64,000 nucleotides of DNA from Lama glama. Taxonomy: Eukaryota. Position 1 is the stretch's first letter. Each line of letters starts with the position of its first letter. The stretch lies in NCBI GenBank assembly GCA_028534125.1, contig CM052818.1, positions 46,564,001 to 46,628,000 on the forward strand. Reading direction: 5' to 3'. The notes under the pieces were generated by a model. The model ran no database searches. It was not told the origin of the DNA and saw only the letters and a list, made by a program, of their open reading frames with translations. Position numbers and translations under genes: made by a program. Positions 1 to 14,337 of the stretch are shown piece after piece.

Positions 1-1515
1 TACCTGTCAGAACCCCATGCTGTTTGCATAAAATACATGGTCCACGCTGAAGTTCTGTGAGAGAAAAAGCTTGTGTGAATGGACTTATTTTTTATGACTT
101 TTAGGTAAGAAATGAAGAAACTGGGAAAATTAGTGCTTGCTGAATGCTTAGTCTGCCTGTGGTGTCTTGTTACAGTAAATATATAGGCTTGACATGGACA
201 GGGTTTGTCCTCACTGTGTTAGAAATAGGACCATTGAATAGAGTGTCTGGACTTTGACTTTGAAACTTGAGTGGCAGACTGACGTCCATGTGCTGGTCAC
301 TTTGCTGAGTCCTCTTTATAAATATCCCATCTGACTGTCCCAGCAGTCCTGTGCAGAGGTGTCCTTAGCCACCGCGCAGAGGAGGAAACAGAAGTTCCAA
401 AGGGTGAAGTCAGTTGAACAGGGTCATAAAGCCAGTAACTGTCAGCCCTGGAAATCTGTGAAATTCATTTATGTGGTTAGGTTGCTGATTTACCGAGGTT
501 CTTTTAAAGTTGGGTTTGTTTTGGTTTTTTTGTTTGTTTTTTTTGTTTTTGTTTTTTTGGGAAATAAAAAGAGATTCTCACCTGCTTACCAGAGAGCATA
601 AGCAGCCTGGTTTATTTTTTGAAAGACTAGCGAGCACAGTTGAGACATTGTGTTGTGACTGGCTTTTTCTTAGTCTTCATTAGAATGCAGTGCTGGGATC
701 TTTTTTAAAAGGTTTTGCCCTTTAGAGAAATATCTGAATAATGGTGATTTTATTCTCGAAATAATGCTCCTTTATTTAAAATTACTCAGACTTTTACAAG
801 TGCCATACTTGAGGTTGCTGTTTATTAAAATACATAATAAATACAGATTTTTAAAATACTTTTTGATACATTAATTTGTATCAGGGAGAAATACTGACTC
901 GTCCTGCTTGCTGTTGCTGTCATAGTAAACACTACTTATTTAGAGCAGTTATGGAGAGACAGACAAAGGGCAATAGAGGAAGTATCTGATGACCTGAAAA
1001 ATGGCTGGGCATTTTGGCGAGAAATGATTACAACAGAGGAGCCTGGGCATCTATTTCTCACGGTGAAAACTGAGCTTTGCTTGAACTTAATGAAGCCCAG
1101 AAAAGAGATAGGATTGCCCGTCTCTTCTTGGCCTGGAAATTAACCTTGGGGTGTTACGGAGTATGTGCCTGAGCATTGACTGGCCTCAGGTAGAAGGTCA
1201 CAGGCAGTATCAGGATGGGCTGGGCACTATTTAGTTTCAGAGTCTTAAAAAGTCTTCTAAAGAACTCATATTGTTGGAGCATAGTTTCCTTTCAAAATGT
1301 GAGTGGTTAGAGGACTTTTATTTAGAGTACTATGCAAAACTTTTTTCCTTAGACACAAGAGCTTTAAAATGTTTGGGGAACAGACTTAAAGACTTGAAAG
1401 AAAAATCCAACAAAAGGAAATGGTAACAGATAAGAAATGAACAGGACGAAAGCCCTCAAGCACAATAGTTGAGTTTAATTACAAACAGATTACTCTTAAT
1501 AGCTAAACTGCCAGT

Positions 1516-1745
1516 AATAGCTAACATTTATTAAACACAGTTTCTATGTCAGATGCACCTTAAATGCTGAAGTGCGTTCCCACTTACAACGGCTGGTGCT
1601 GTAATACCGTATTTCAGCTTTACAGTTGGAAAAATCGGAGCCTCGGAGAACTGGATGCCTTCCCCAGGTTTATACAAATGGACCTCAGCAGGCTCAGCGT
1701 TTGAGACCAAATCATTCAGTGCCAGCCCTGAACTCAGTCCTTCTG
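1516..1745 (-). mobile_element. MIR SINE (ancient)
   Basis: AATAGCTAACATTTATT... and CAGCTTTACAGTTGGAAAAATCGGAGCCTC resemble the antisense MIR core. Confidence 0.6.
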
Positions 1746-2220
1746 ACCTCATCAGTGCGTGGATTTTCCATGGCAGATGTTCAGTGTTCCACTCATTTTA
1801 TTTTGGGGTGGTTTTCCTTCCTTGATAATTAGTATGTATGCAAGTAATATAAATTCATCTTAGTTTGAACACTGAGTTGGGAGGCTTCAATTCTTAATTC
1901 TAATTTGGGTTAGCATCTTAATTTATCTAGGCTTCGCCTGATGCCTTCTGTTACGTGTAAGACCTCTAAGTCAATCAGTGATTCTTAACCATTTTCCTTA
2001 CCCCCCAATACACCCAACAGAGCGTTCTTTTATTTGTAATAGTATTTTCTACAGCAATAATTCTCCCCTCTTTGGGGTAAAGAGTTATATTAGAATTTGG
2101 TGGAATGAGATGGTGATTCTGATATACGAACCCCTCCATCCCCACCAGACAGACAAAAACAAAATAGAAAAAGTGCCAGCCAAATTTGATACCTGATTTA
2201 ATGTTTGTGCCTGTTGACAT

Positions 2221-2708
2221 CAGCAGTTTGCAAAGTATGATCCAGAGACCCTGGGAGTCCCTGAGATCCTTTTAGGAGGCGGAAAGGTCAAAGCTGTCTT
2301 CATAAGAACACTTAGGCGTGATTTGCCTTTTCCACTTTCTTTTCTCATGGGAGTACGGTGGGACTCCCCAGAGGCTGCGTGACATGTGCTGTTGCAGCAG
2401 AAGCATTTGAGAATTCAGCTCTCTTCTGTTAAGTCAGACGTTACAAAGATGTGCAAACCGTAAAAATAGTGCCACTCTTCTCAGTACTTTTTTTGGTTTT
2501 GGAAAACATACTTATTTTTCATAAAAACATTGTTTCATAAAATCCTACCGTGGTAGGCTTGTTGTTATTCTTGAATTAACAAATATTTTTTAAATTCTCA
2601 GTTTGATTCTAATACGGTAAAGATGAGTGGCTGTTGTTTAAGTGGGTTATGCTTCAGTAGTTTTGAAGAGTGTAGAGGACCCTGAGACCAAGAACTGGAG
2701 AACAGCGG
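2221..2708 (+). mobile_element. hAT-Charlie non-autonomous DNA transposon (Charlie1b-like)
   Basis: Begins CAGCAGTTTGCAAAGTATGATCCAGAGACCCTGGGAGTCCCTGAGA and ends GGACCCTGAGACCAAGAACTGGAGAACAGCG; both resemble Charlie1 termini as recalled. ~490 bp. Confidence 0.6.
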
Positions 2709-4247
2709 GGCTGGAGTTCTCCTGCCTTTTGTAGCCGGCCTGGTGGACCACCCTCCCAGCCCTGTCATCTGCGCTGTCTGAGCTCTTGCAGTGTCCTTAT
2801 GTTCTCGTCCTCGCTGTCCACTCCCTCGTCTGCTGCTGCCCTGCCTCTGAAATCTGCCAGCTGGGACCACAGCCTTCTGCACCCAAGCTTCTTACTCCCT
2901 TGCAGTCTGCGACTAGACGTCCACCTTCAGGGGCGGTGGAATGACAGAGACGAAAACTGTGCTGGAGGGGATGCTGTTCCCACCCAGTCCTCCTGCTCAG
3001 TGTCTCCTGACCTCACATTCTTGTACATCGTCTCCGTGTTCTGCTCACTGTCAGCTCCCGTGTCGTCCCACCTACCACTGGGCGCCTGTCCAGTCCGGGG
3101 TGGACTGCCCTGCCCTCTGGTCCCTGTCATGCTGGGGCAGCGGGATGCTGGAGAGAGACCCACATGATGGGTCTGGGCTACTGCAGAGTTCATGATTTCA
3201 TCCTTCACTGAAGCCTTTGTTCCTCCTGAAAGTTATTTTAATTGGTATTTTTCAGTTCCCTTTCCCATTCTTTACAAAGATGAGTGTAAATCTTAGCCAT
3301 CTTTAAATGTATACACTTTATCCACTCACACTTAGCAGATAACATAAATGCATAATTAAAAGTGTAAGCTGAAGATAAAGATACTTTTTTATAGTCATGT
3401 AGAAGTAACCGAGAGGGAGACAAAAGAGGAGAGGAGGTAACCCTGGCTGGAGGAGCCGTGAGCCAGTGGTCTGCGGGCACTGCTTCCTCAGCAGAGACGG
3501 CTGCTGCCCCTTCTCTGTCCTCCTCGTTTCCACCCCGGCCCCAGCGTCTAACACTAAGAGCATCTTGGGCGTCAGAGTTCTTCTTCCTCACTTGTGCCCT
3601 CTTGGGGCAACGTGCGCCTAAGCAGTGAAGGCAGGTCATTGGGATAAATCCTCCCCTTCTTCAGGCTGCTGCTCACCCGTGTTAACCGTCACGGAGAACT
3701 GCCTTGCTTCAGTTTCGCCTTGGGCTGTTTTGAGGCTGAGACGTCTGTAAGGCATTTACAACCGCACCTGGCATGAGAAGCTCGCAGTCGGTGGTGGTGA
3801 TCATCAGCTGTGATCACTTCCCTCCTGACCCCTGCAGTCAGTGCACTTTTGCTCTGCAGCCCCGGCCCTGCTTCGCGGCGCCCTGCCCTCCGGTCCTTTG
3901 CAGTGTCGGCCTGGCCGGGGCTCCCCTCTGCGTTGGCTCCCTCAACAGGGTGGCTCTGTGTTGGGGCCCTGCCTGCCTCTCCCCTGGGTGACAGCTCCTA
4001 CTGCTCCCTGAGCTGGTTCAGCCGTAGTGAGCCGTCTGTAGCTCCGTGCACACACTGCACTGTTTATCATTCGGTTCCTCTGTGTTTGCAGGGAGCCCCC
4101 TGCCCCCACCACGTGCTTCTGCCCGGCTTCAGAGCCCTGTTTGTATGTGGTCTCTGTGCTGAAGCCCTGTCCCGTTCCCCTTCCTGATGGGACGAGTCAG
4201 CCTCCCGTGTCCCAGCTGTGCGCACCTGGCCCCAGGCGGCAGCCCTG

Positions 4248-4433
4248 GGAGTAAGAGCCGGACTCTGGAGCCTCGCCGCCAGGCCCGGGTCCGGCTCCCC
4301 TGCTCGGTAGTTTCATCACATTGTCTGAGTCATTTAGCCTCCCTGTCCGCAGTTTCCTCATTTGTAAATTAGAAGTAATAAGAACACCTGCCTCACAGGA
4401 TTGTCGTGAAGATGCAGTGAGATATACATTGTA
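4248..4433 (+). mobile_element. MIR SINE
   Basis: Core CAGTTTCCTCATTTGTAAATTAGAAGTAATAAGAACACCTGCCTCACAGGATTGTCGTGAAGAT. Confidence 0.7.
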
Positions 4434-6499
4434 TTTCATTAAAACCAGGATGCCATCCATTGTCCTGTGTACCATTATTTTATCAGCTGTGAGAGGATTC
4501 TTGATTTCAGAGATGTTGAGTGTGCACACACGTGAGTGTCATCCCCTGGGGTGGTGCCGGGTGGGTGCTGGGCAGGTGCTGGCCTCTCCCACTGGGCTTG
4601 GAACCTGAGAGGACATGGACTGAGCCCACTCAACTTTGCATCCTCAGAACCTCGCCAGATGCATTAAGTGGTCAGGATGTGATGTGAGCAGAGCTGCATG
4701 GAGGCCGCTCACCAGCCGCCTGTTTTAAACCTACAGCCAGAGGGCAGACTGCAGTGTGGACCGGTCCTTCTGGGCCCGGTTCCCGAAGGGCCCTGGCCGA
4801 CCCGGCTGTGCTCAGTGGGGTGGTGTCTCCTTCCTGTTCCCACTTCTCGGATCTTTTGTATTACGAGCCAGAGTGTGGAAAACTCGTTCACACAGTCTTC
4901 CTTGCCACCCTGGTTTTTAAGAACTTTATGAAATTAACAGAATCGCTTTTTTGTTTTTCATATTCTACTTTCCAACTAAATATTTTTTCACCCCGAAGTA
5001 TAATAGAAGAAAGATGAGTGACCTTTTGTGCGAGACGGGAGGGAGCTCAGACCCTTTGTTAAAATGCAGCCCCTGAGGAACAGAGAGTGACAAGTTCCAG
5101 GTCCCGGCTGGGAGAGGCCCAGGGTCTTTGACTTGAGGATGGGAGGGGTGGCCAGAAGCCTTTCCCAAACTTTTTTTTTTTTTTTCCTGGTCCTGGTTTT
5201 AGTAGCAACTAGAACAGACTGGAATCCGGATGCACTTCTGTGGGTAATCGTATTTCTCAGCTATGCTGAGAGTCTGTCGTTACATTGTCTGCCAGGTGTG
5301 GTTTTTGATGTTTTTAAAAGCTTTAATTTTTTGTTTCTGTGTATTTGGTGACTTAGGGACTATTAATCAGATGATATTTTGAATTGGAATCCAAAGGTCT
5401 GAAATCTTGATGTAAACTATAGAAGCCTTTGTATTTTGAAAGATAAAATGGTCTTGCTTCATACCAACAGGTACCCAGTTTTATTTGTGTATTTGAGTCA
5501 ACTTTGGAAATTGTCTTTGTAAAACACAATTAAGTGACTTCATTATGTTACAGAGCCAGGTATGGGAGCAGAGTTAAGATTCTGTTGAAGCCCCAGCAGT
5601 AGCTGGCTTGGTTTATCTCTGTGGTCTGTAAACAAAGTGAGGACAGGAGAGAATCGAGTGACTTCATGTATCAATGTCACTATCTGTGTCTGGTCTAGTG
5701 AGTACAGCTGAGCTCCTTTCCTTTTTTTCCAACAATAAGGCTTTGTAAGAGAACAGACACAATCCCTCACAAAACTGATTCCATTTGTGACTCGCTGAGA
5801 CCTCTTTGTTCCAGCTGAGAGAGCACCTGGTCAGAGCGCCAGGGCGGAGGACCCGGCAGGCCCTGCCTTCCGAGCAACAGCAGTTTGGTTGAGGAGCAGA
5901 GACTCCCTGCAGGTCTCTAGGAAGAAATTAAGACTGAGTGCTGATCGCCAGAAACCAGAATCTGGTGCCTCTGCTTCCAGAGAAGAGCCTAAGTGGGGAC
6001 CCTGGGGAGGTGGTTACTTGACCCCGTGGAGGACAGTGGCAAATTAGTGACTGGGAACCAAAGGCAGGGGGGAGGGAGGGGCGCTCTGAATCTTGTAAGC
6101 AGGTGGCATGGCTGTCTTTCGCTGGTGAAGCAGGTGGATTTTAAAAGTGTTTAAAAGACACAGAGCTGGCTTCCCCGTGACAGAGCTCAGCGCACTTTCC
6201 CTCATGCAGTCTGCAAGCTCTTCTTGTCACCAGGACTTGTCTGGGTCTGGATAAGTTCCTGATTTTCTGGATCTATTTTAGCACTTTAATTTACCTCCCA
6301 CAGAAACAGTATTTCCAGACTAGCCTACAAAATCCTATTTTAATTGACAGAACTTTCAGCTATTGAGGAGTGAAAAGGTCCACAAGTTTTTCCCCCTCAA
6401 AACAGCTGTATAACTGGATGAACTTGTCAAAGCCATTTGAGGGCTCTGGAAATTGCCCAAAAGCAAAGGACAATTTGAAAAGCATTTATGCAAAAGAAA

Positions 6500-7370
6500 A
6501 CTGCTGACCTTTGAGCAGGAACAGCGGGAATCTGTGGTGTTCTTGCCTGGGGTCACCTCCATTCCTCATTCCTTGGCAGAGTTGTCCTAGGGTCAGGGCC
6601 AGCCACAAAAACAGCAGCTTTGATACCAGAGGCGATTGGCTTGGTTTGGAGGGGAAGGCAGAGAACCCTTGCGGCGGCTAACAGAGAACGCCCCCAGCTC
6701 TCCTGCTCCAAGGATGTGGTCCATACATTTAGCAGAGAGATACTGGAAGCGGGAGAACCACAAAGGGACTAGAGAAGATCTCTGCCCAGCCCTGGCTGAC
6801 TGGAGACTGCGTCGCTGTCGGGGGAGGCCTGGGAGGGTCTGAGGGAGAGTGAAGGCTGGGCGGACTTGAGAACTGCTGGCAGGAGCTCTCCATGTGAGAT
6901 CCCTCAGCAGAGGGCAGAAGCCTTACTTGCTGGAGGTGTTTGAGCACAGCTCTGACTGCTAAGATGTACAAACACAGGGGTAACTCCCAGAGTGAGGCTG
7001 AAATGTAAAACCAGGAATTTAAAAAACTGAGCAAAGATGTCAGCCGCTGCATACCAAGGGTGAGAGATATCCAGCAGACTGAGTCCTTGCTAACAAACAA
7101 AAAAACAGCACAGTGCTCAAGAAAAAAGACAATCAAAGTTGAGTTACTATATTATTTTAACATGTCTCTTTTTAAACAAACAAAAAACTTATGAGAAACA
7201 AGGAAAAAAGTAATCAATTGAAAACTGCCTCTGAATGGACACAGGTGTTGAATTAACCAAAGACTTCAAAGCAGCTATTGTAAATATGCTCAAAGAATTA
7301 AAAGAAGATATGATAACCATGACTCAATGAATAGGGAACATCATAAAGAAATAGAATACATCCTAATGGA
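6500..7370 (+). mobile_element. Ancient L1M 5' end/ORF1 fragment
   Basis: AAAGACTTCAAAGCAGCTATTGTAAATATGCTCAAAGAATTAAAAGAA resembles decayed L1M ORF1. The 5' boundary is approximate. Confidence 0.5.
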
Positions 7371-10289
7371 AAAACCTGACTTTTTCTTCTTAGTGTCTGT
7401 AACCAATAGGTTATGAGATTCTAAAAATTTTATTTCTCCTTGGAAACCCTTAGCCCTTCTGTCATATCCGCTGTCTCAGCTTCTCTCTTACAATCCATCA
7501 TGGATATGGATTAGTCTTTATTATTTGCCTGAAAACTGTCTCATCATATTACTCTTTGCTTAAATATCTTTGAATGCCTACAAGAAAAATAGCCAAAATA
7601 CTCATTCAGGACACTCATGGCCCTTCAGAACACTTTGAACCTGATTTTAGCGACTAAGCTGATTTCCCTGTTCCTCCCAGTTTTCACTAGAGAGGTGGCG
7701 TGCCGGGCATTCCACCCAGCTGGGAGACGTCCCCTCTCTGTGTCACTCCTGTTCGTGCTTGCAGCTACATGGATGCTGCGGTCATCCTGGGAGGAGCCTG
7801 CAGCTACGCCGCTGCCTGTGGTGATGATCTCTCACACTGCTCCTGTTCTGGCACCCCACGCAAGGCCTTCTCGTCAGGGCAGGGCCAGGCTCAGGTACTC
7901 AGATGTCTGAGATCTTCAAGGAGCTTGATCTAATGAAGGATACAGACAACTGAGAGAACACTTTTCACAACATGTGATAAAGATGCCCTGAATAGAACAC
8001 TGCAGACATAGTGAGATGGGGTGGGGGGGGCTGGCATTTGGATAGCTAATCCTGTAAAACCCAGCACTGTCGCCCATGATTGGCAGCCAGACGTTGTGAC
8101 TAATAACCGTGGCTTGATGTCAGGTTCTTGAAGTGGAGAAGTCGTATCTTACAGTCCTGTCTTCTCCCTCTATAAAAGGCAAGTGTGTTGAGTCAAAGTG
8201 ACATCTTTAACAAACCAACTCTAGGAAAAGGTGAGACGTGATCTTAAAGTGTGAAGATGGCCACTGTACCTCTTTAGGAGGGTGTGTTTATGAAAAGAGT
8301 AATCGTGGAAGGAGCCTTTAACCTTGGTTCTTAAAGACACCACGTGGTTGAATAGTTTATAGTCACTTGTTGGTTACCTGAGGATAAACCTTTGGTTATA
8401 ATTCTTTAGCAGAAACAATTTATCTTAGAGTGTTTTATTGTATACAAAGTAAAAAGAACAAGAAATGTTAAGTATCACATTTATTAAAATTTCATTAAAT
8501 TTATAACTGGATTCTTAAAATAAAATTCAGATACTGTCAAAACGATCTTAGAAAACTGGTATCTTGATGATGGTTGTAGGACCAAGTTTTGAGATGTCCA
8601 GTTAATTGTAGCAGATTAAACACACACGTTTATCTGAAACCCCTCTTAAATGACAGTGAGGTGTCAAAGAGGCGTAAACTCAAGGACGGGGAACTGGAGT
8701 GTCAGAAGGAGCTGGAATGTAAGTGGTTGCAAGGATGGTGCTGTTGAGGACAAGCCGGTTTGGCCTGCCGGGTCCAGGACTGAGTCTGGGAACTGGCCTG
8801 ATGGCCTCTGGAAAGCTGCGTGGTGGGTCTAGGGCTGCTACAGTTCTGTCGTGGTGACCCTGCTGGACCCTTTGACTCTGAAACTCTGTGCATGTGTTAC
8901 TGTCATAAAAGTAGAGGTGAAGGAAGAGCTGTGCTCACTTGGGATGTTGATTTTAGAACAACAACCCGCATTCTTCGCGTACCTCCCGAGGCCGCCACCT
9001 GGAAAATCACTCTCTCCGTTGCCTCGCACATACTGGCCACTTAATGAAAACAGACAGACTTGATTAATCATAAATTTTTAAATAGGAAATGAGTAATTTT
9101 TAAGCAGTCATCTTTCCAGGTCTCTCCTGATTTTATCAGACTTAAGATCCTGTTTTGACCTATTCCCAGAAATAGAACATTCACAGTTTGTTTCACTTCA
9201 TTCGCTTGTAGAGCATCAGGCTGACATTATGCCTGACAATTGTGTTCGTATTCACATAACTGTTGTAGTTTTAGTGCAGAAATTTTATAGAAGTGCGTAT
9301 TTAGTGTTTTAAACAATTGTCTCTGGTTAGTTCATGTGCGTACTGTAAAGTTCTCTGGTTACTTGTTACCAAAGTCTATTTCTAAGCTCCTGTAAATTAT
9401 TTAGGAAGTACTTTTCAAACTGTATTTCTTATTAGTGCCATCTCTGGAGTTAAATCTAATGTCCACTCCCCACCAATATTTACTGCTTTCTTGTAGTTCT
9501 TGGCTTATATTTCTTGCTATTGAAATAGATGAAAGCATAGAAATAGCTAGATTAAGTGAACTGAAGTTTTGATTATGTAACTTGAAATGGTATATTCCAG
9601 AAATGGAAATGTGCAATTGTGGATAGCAGTTTTGGAATAGATTTTAAAAGGAATGAAATGTAGGTTTGGAGAAGTATTTACTTTGAGGTGTTTGTTTTTT
9701 AAATTGAGTGGAGTCTGTCTTGAAAATTTCATAATAACCTATGATACACAGGGCAATATGCCAAGAAGTAGAGGTGAGGTTTGGGAATTCCGATCTGAAG
9801 AAAACTTAACCCCTGGCTTAAGGCTGTTGTGACCCGCTAGCGGTTTTGACCTGAGCTTACCTTCTGTCTGCCAGCTTCGCAGTTTGCACTTGGCAGTGCC
9901 GGAAGAGACAGACGGAGGGGAACCAAACAAGACTCGGGATGGCTTAGCAAGAAACGATTATAAAAGAACACAGTTATCTTTCCAGGGAAGTGGAGCCCTG
10001 TTTCAGCAAATTATGACCAACTTGAGACAACACTGATGGTAGCTAAGGGGTCCTCCCCAAATGGCTGGCGCTCCGGTGGTGACCTGTGTATACGTGTGCT
10101 GACCAATCTGAACATTGCCAGCCTTCTCTCAGCTCTAGCAGTGTTCTGATTTTATCCATCTTCAACAATTCTTTATTTCTCAGTTATCAAAATGGAAACC
10201 TATGTAATGTGTGCCATTCATCCAGCAGAACCAACGAAAGGGCTTAGGTTTGGTTTTTTTTTTTTAATTAGATTCTGGGACAGCTGAAG

Positions 10290-10908
10290 TTCTTGAAGAA
10301 ATTTGGAGTCTGTTCTGAGTGCAGTGGGTAGCTCTTGGCGAGCCTTGAGCACTCCGGATGCTGTGTGTCTAACAGACTAGGGACAGGAATGGGAGCAGAG
10401 GGACTGGTCAGGATGCTGTTACCGTGGTCCAGGCCTGGACCTGGGAATTCCTCGGTCCAGGGTATGTTTTGGTGATAGATTTGCGTACGAATGTGGATCA
10501 CATGATGTGAAATATGAAGATGGAGTGTGAGTCGTAGAGAGACATCAAAAGTGACTTCAGTGTTTTGGGCAAAGCGCTTGGATGAAAGATGATGCCATTT
10601 GCAAAGATCAGAGAAGACAAGGGAAAGGAGTTGTTTTGATGGGAATCAGAATTTCTGTTTTGAACATGGTAAATTCGAGATGCTCATTCGGCAGCCAAGT
10701 AGAGGTGTTAAGTAGCTTGTTGGTTGTTTGAGTTTGGAGGTTAGGAGACACATCTAATTGAGAGATAAAAAATCTGGGGGCTGTCAGTATGCTGTAGGCA
10801 TTTACAGTCATGGGACTGGATGAAATCCTTTCGGAAATGGGTGTAAGTGGAGAAGAGAACTGAACCCTGGGGCCCCAGATTGAGAAGGAGTCTGCAAAGG
10901 AGATTGTA
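10290..10908 (-). mobile_element. L2 LINE fragment
   Basis: TTTTGAACATGGTAAATTCGAGATGCTCATT...GGGACTGGATGAAATC is typical antisense L2 sequence. Confidence 0.65.
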
Positions 10909-10924
10909 AAGTTTGTTTCCAAAG

Positions 10925-12230
10925 AACTATTAAATCAACTTTGTTTAGGTATAATTTACTTAAAATAGAACCACCAGTGCAGTGAGTTGGGGCAGATGTG
11001 TAGACCTGGATAACTAGCACCCAAATCTGGATATAAGACCTTTCACTCAACCCCCAGGCTCCTCCGTTCCTGTGTCAGCCCAGCCCCCTGCAGCCGGTTA
11101 CCTGCTTTCTGTCACCATTGATTAGCTTGCCTATTTTAGAATTTCATATAAATTGAACTGTACAGTGTGGAATCTTTTGTGTCTGGCTTTTAAACTTGGC
11201 TTAATGTTAAAATTCATTCCCGTCCTTGTGTTTATCAACAGTTTGTTCCTTTTATTGCCAAGTAGTCCTCCATAAATACGCAATTGATGTGTTCTTTCAC
11301 CTGTTTGTTAATGGGCATTTGGATTATTTCAAAATTGGGGTTATTATGAGTAAAACTTCTAAAACATTCTTGTACAAGTCTTTTTATGGATGTGTGTCTT
11401 CATTTCTCTTATGTAAATACCTAGAGAGGAATTGCTGGGACATAAGGTGAAAGCATGTTTAATCACATAAGAAACCACGAGACTTTCCCAAAGTGGTTGT
11501 ACCGTTCTGCACCCGTACAGCAACGTGTGAGAATGCCAGTTCCTCTACATTCTCATCAACCCGTGGCTTTATCTGCCTTTTCAATGTTGGTCATTCTAAT
11601 ACGTGAACAGTGGTATCTCGCTGTGATTTTAGTTGGGATTTCTTGTGACTATGATGTCAAGCATCTTTTCTTCCGCTTTTGACCAATACCGTGTCTTCTT
11701 TTGGAATACGTTTGTTCAAATCTTCTGACTTGAATTTTATTACTATCTTATAATTCGTGTTTTCTGTTATCTGGATCTAAGTCCTTTGTCAGATGTATGA
11801 ATTGTGGACATTTTCTCCCAATCTGAGACCTGCCTTTCGTCTTCTTTGTGGTGACTGTTGACAAACAGAACTTTTAAGTTTTAATGAAGTCAGGTTAATG
11901 ATTTTTAATTTTGTACTTTAGAGCTTTTTGTGTCTTATCTAAGATGTTTTTGTCTGCTCTAAGGTTATAAATTTTTTTTCTAGAAGTTTTATGGTTTTAG
12001 TTTTTTTGCTTTGGTTATTGGTCCATTCTGAGTTCATTTTTGTGTGTGCTGTGAGGTTAGAGTTGAAATTCGTTTTTCTGTATGTCCCAGTACTGTTTGT
12101 TCACATACTAGCTTTTCTGTTTTGAATTGCAATTCACCATATCCACTTGTGGCTTTATTTCTAAACTCTTTATTCTGTTCATCGATCTGTGTGTCTAACC
12201 ATGCACAAGGCTTGCACATCTGATGCTAAC
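10925..12230 (-). mobile_element. L1M (MB/MC-like) 3' end and ORF2 fragment
   Basis: CAACTTTGTTTAGGTATAATTTAC start; GGGCATTTGGATTATTTC, TAAATACCTAGAGAGGAATTGCTGGG and TAAGTCCTTTGTCAGATGTATG are antisense L1 hallmarks. Confidence 0.7.
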
Positions 12231-12909
12231 TTTACTTTCTCCTTAATTTTTTTCTCCATTTGATGACATATTTTTTGCTTTACAGTGTGCTATGTAATTT
12301 TAAAGTTGCTTCGAAAATTACATAGAAATGCAAAGACTACAGATTAGTCAACAATGTTTTGAAAGGGAACAGCAAAGTTCGAGGATTCAGGCCACTTGAT
12401 TTCAGGACTAGACATAAGCAAGGAGAGTCTTGGAAGGTATACACAGTGGAGAAGGCAAAATAAGGAGAAAGTTCAGTTAGTATTCAGGTGCGCAGGCCTT
12501 TTCCTGAATTTGGGTGGTACCCAAAGCCATCTGAGCTAAAGCGCCTGGAAAATAAACAGTGTAATTTGATTTCAGCATGTTAAAACAGATACTCATGGAT
12601 TAGTTTTTGTCTTTATTCCCATCAGGATTTTGAACCTTTTGGTGATGTTGCCTGTTTTCCTCATTTAGGAAGAATTCTTTCTCAGTTGTCAGCTTTTCTA
12701 GCTCACTAATATCCATAGTCCCCGAGCCCTTGTCTTTCCCTGAGCAATTTTCCCTTCATGTCTAATATCTAGAGAATGGGTATTGTAGATCTGGCTTCTC
12801 TTTTTCAAATGAGGCAGCAACTCAACATCTCTGTTTTAGTGAATAAGAAAAGGTTCTCTCTGGAACTCTTCAAGTGTTGCTGATTTAATTTCATTGTAGG
12901 TAATACTAG

Positions 12910-13290
12910 TAACAGGATGCTTTTAAAGGCTGCAGAGAGCAGAAGTCCTGACTCGTGGTATAATGGTATAACAGCACAGGAAGAGTTCTCTCTCAGAGAA
13001 GCCGTGAGGCAGGGTAGCTCATTTTGGTTAGCTCAGCAACTCAGCTTTAACGAGGGCATCGAAAAGTTCTATGCTTTGCTTTATTTAGCTTTTCTGCTTC
13101 GCCACCTCAGCACATTGTCTGTAGGCTAGCTCCTTCTGCAAGCTGTGAAGGTGGCTGCTGGACTTACCCACACGACAGTAGCAAGTGTCAGACTTTGAGA
13201 AGGAAGAGGCCCTGTGTCATATTTCGTTGACCAGACCTACATTTTACGTCGACCTGTAAACCGCTCAGTTGCAGAGAGGACACGACCATG
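12910..13290 (-). mobile_element. Old MaLR (MLT1J/K-like) LTR fragment
   Basis: CAGGATGCTTTTAAAGGCTGCAGAGAGCAGAAGTCCTGACTC...AAGGTGGCTGCTG resembles antisense MLT1; highly decayed. Confidence 0.4.
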
Positions 13291-14337
13291 GCGACTGAGT
13301 TAGAACACTCAGGATCCCCGTGTGTCTGCTTTCTATAGGGTTCGGACGTAAAGTAACTTTCTTAAGATCATACAGATAGGAAAGGTAAAAAGTGATGGGC
13401 TGTTATTTAAATCTAGGGCAGGTCTGCTTGGATTTTATGTGTGTGTGTATTTTTCTGTTGAAGACATTCAGTGACATTCATGCCCTGGTCCTGGCACTTG
13501 CAGTAACGTTGTGCACATACGCACTGGCTTACATGTCTGCTTTCCTCTGCTGATGTACAAACTGGGAAAACCAGAGGCTTTCCCCATCACCCTTCTGCAG
13601 CCTAACGCAAAAGGAAAGATAACATTGAAAATCTGATGTGCTCTGGTATCAGTTAGGAATGCACTTCAGTTGCACAAAGTAATAGGGAAAAAGCCCACCG
13701 CCTGGGATTCTTTCTGGATTTAGGTGCTTCAGAGCCAGGGTCACCGCTCAACAGTGTCATTAGAAGAGAAGCAGGTTTCTCTCTCGTTCTGCTCTGCTGC
13801 GCTTCGCCTGTTAGCTTGCTTCTTCGTGATACATGATGGTTGGTGCCGCAGCCGTCCATGTTCCAGGCAGAAGGAATTTATGCCACACCAGCTGCATCTG
13901 ACCTCTTCTGCTTTCTCACACGGTGCTTTCATTGAGTTTTTTGTTTTTTTTTTTGATAGACTCTTCTATCTAACGTATGGTTGCAATTCAACCATGATTT
14001 GACAGAATCAGATTACAAGATTTGTCCAGTTCAGTAAAGAAGTTGCTTACATCATGGACAAACAAATGTGGTTCCATTAGGAATGTCGGTTGATATTTTT
14101 ATTTACATAATGAATAAGTTGAAAATGAAACGATAAAGATACATGTTGGAACTTCACTCATTTATCCATAATGTGAGCCGTTTCTTTGCTGAGTTGAATC
14201 ATGGTTTTTGGATACAGGAAGATTACGATCTCTTTTTTTTTTAGCTATTCACAGTGTGATCGCTACGGGTCATCAGTCATGACATACTTTTTAAAGTTTA
14301 ATGTGCATTATTTGCATTCCCTTCATTACTTCTAATT

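Noticed and set aside
2598..4608. Cluster of overlapping 80-133 aa ORFs
   Set aside because: Expected in GC-rich non-coding sequence; they show no recognisable domains or splice-consistent structure.
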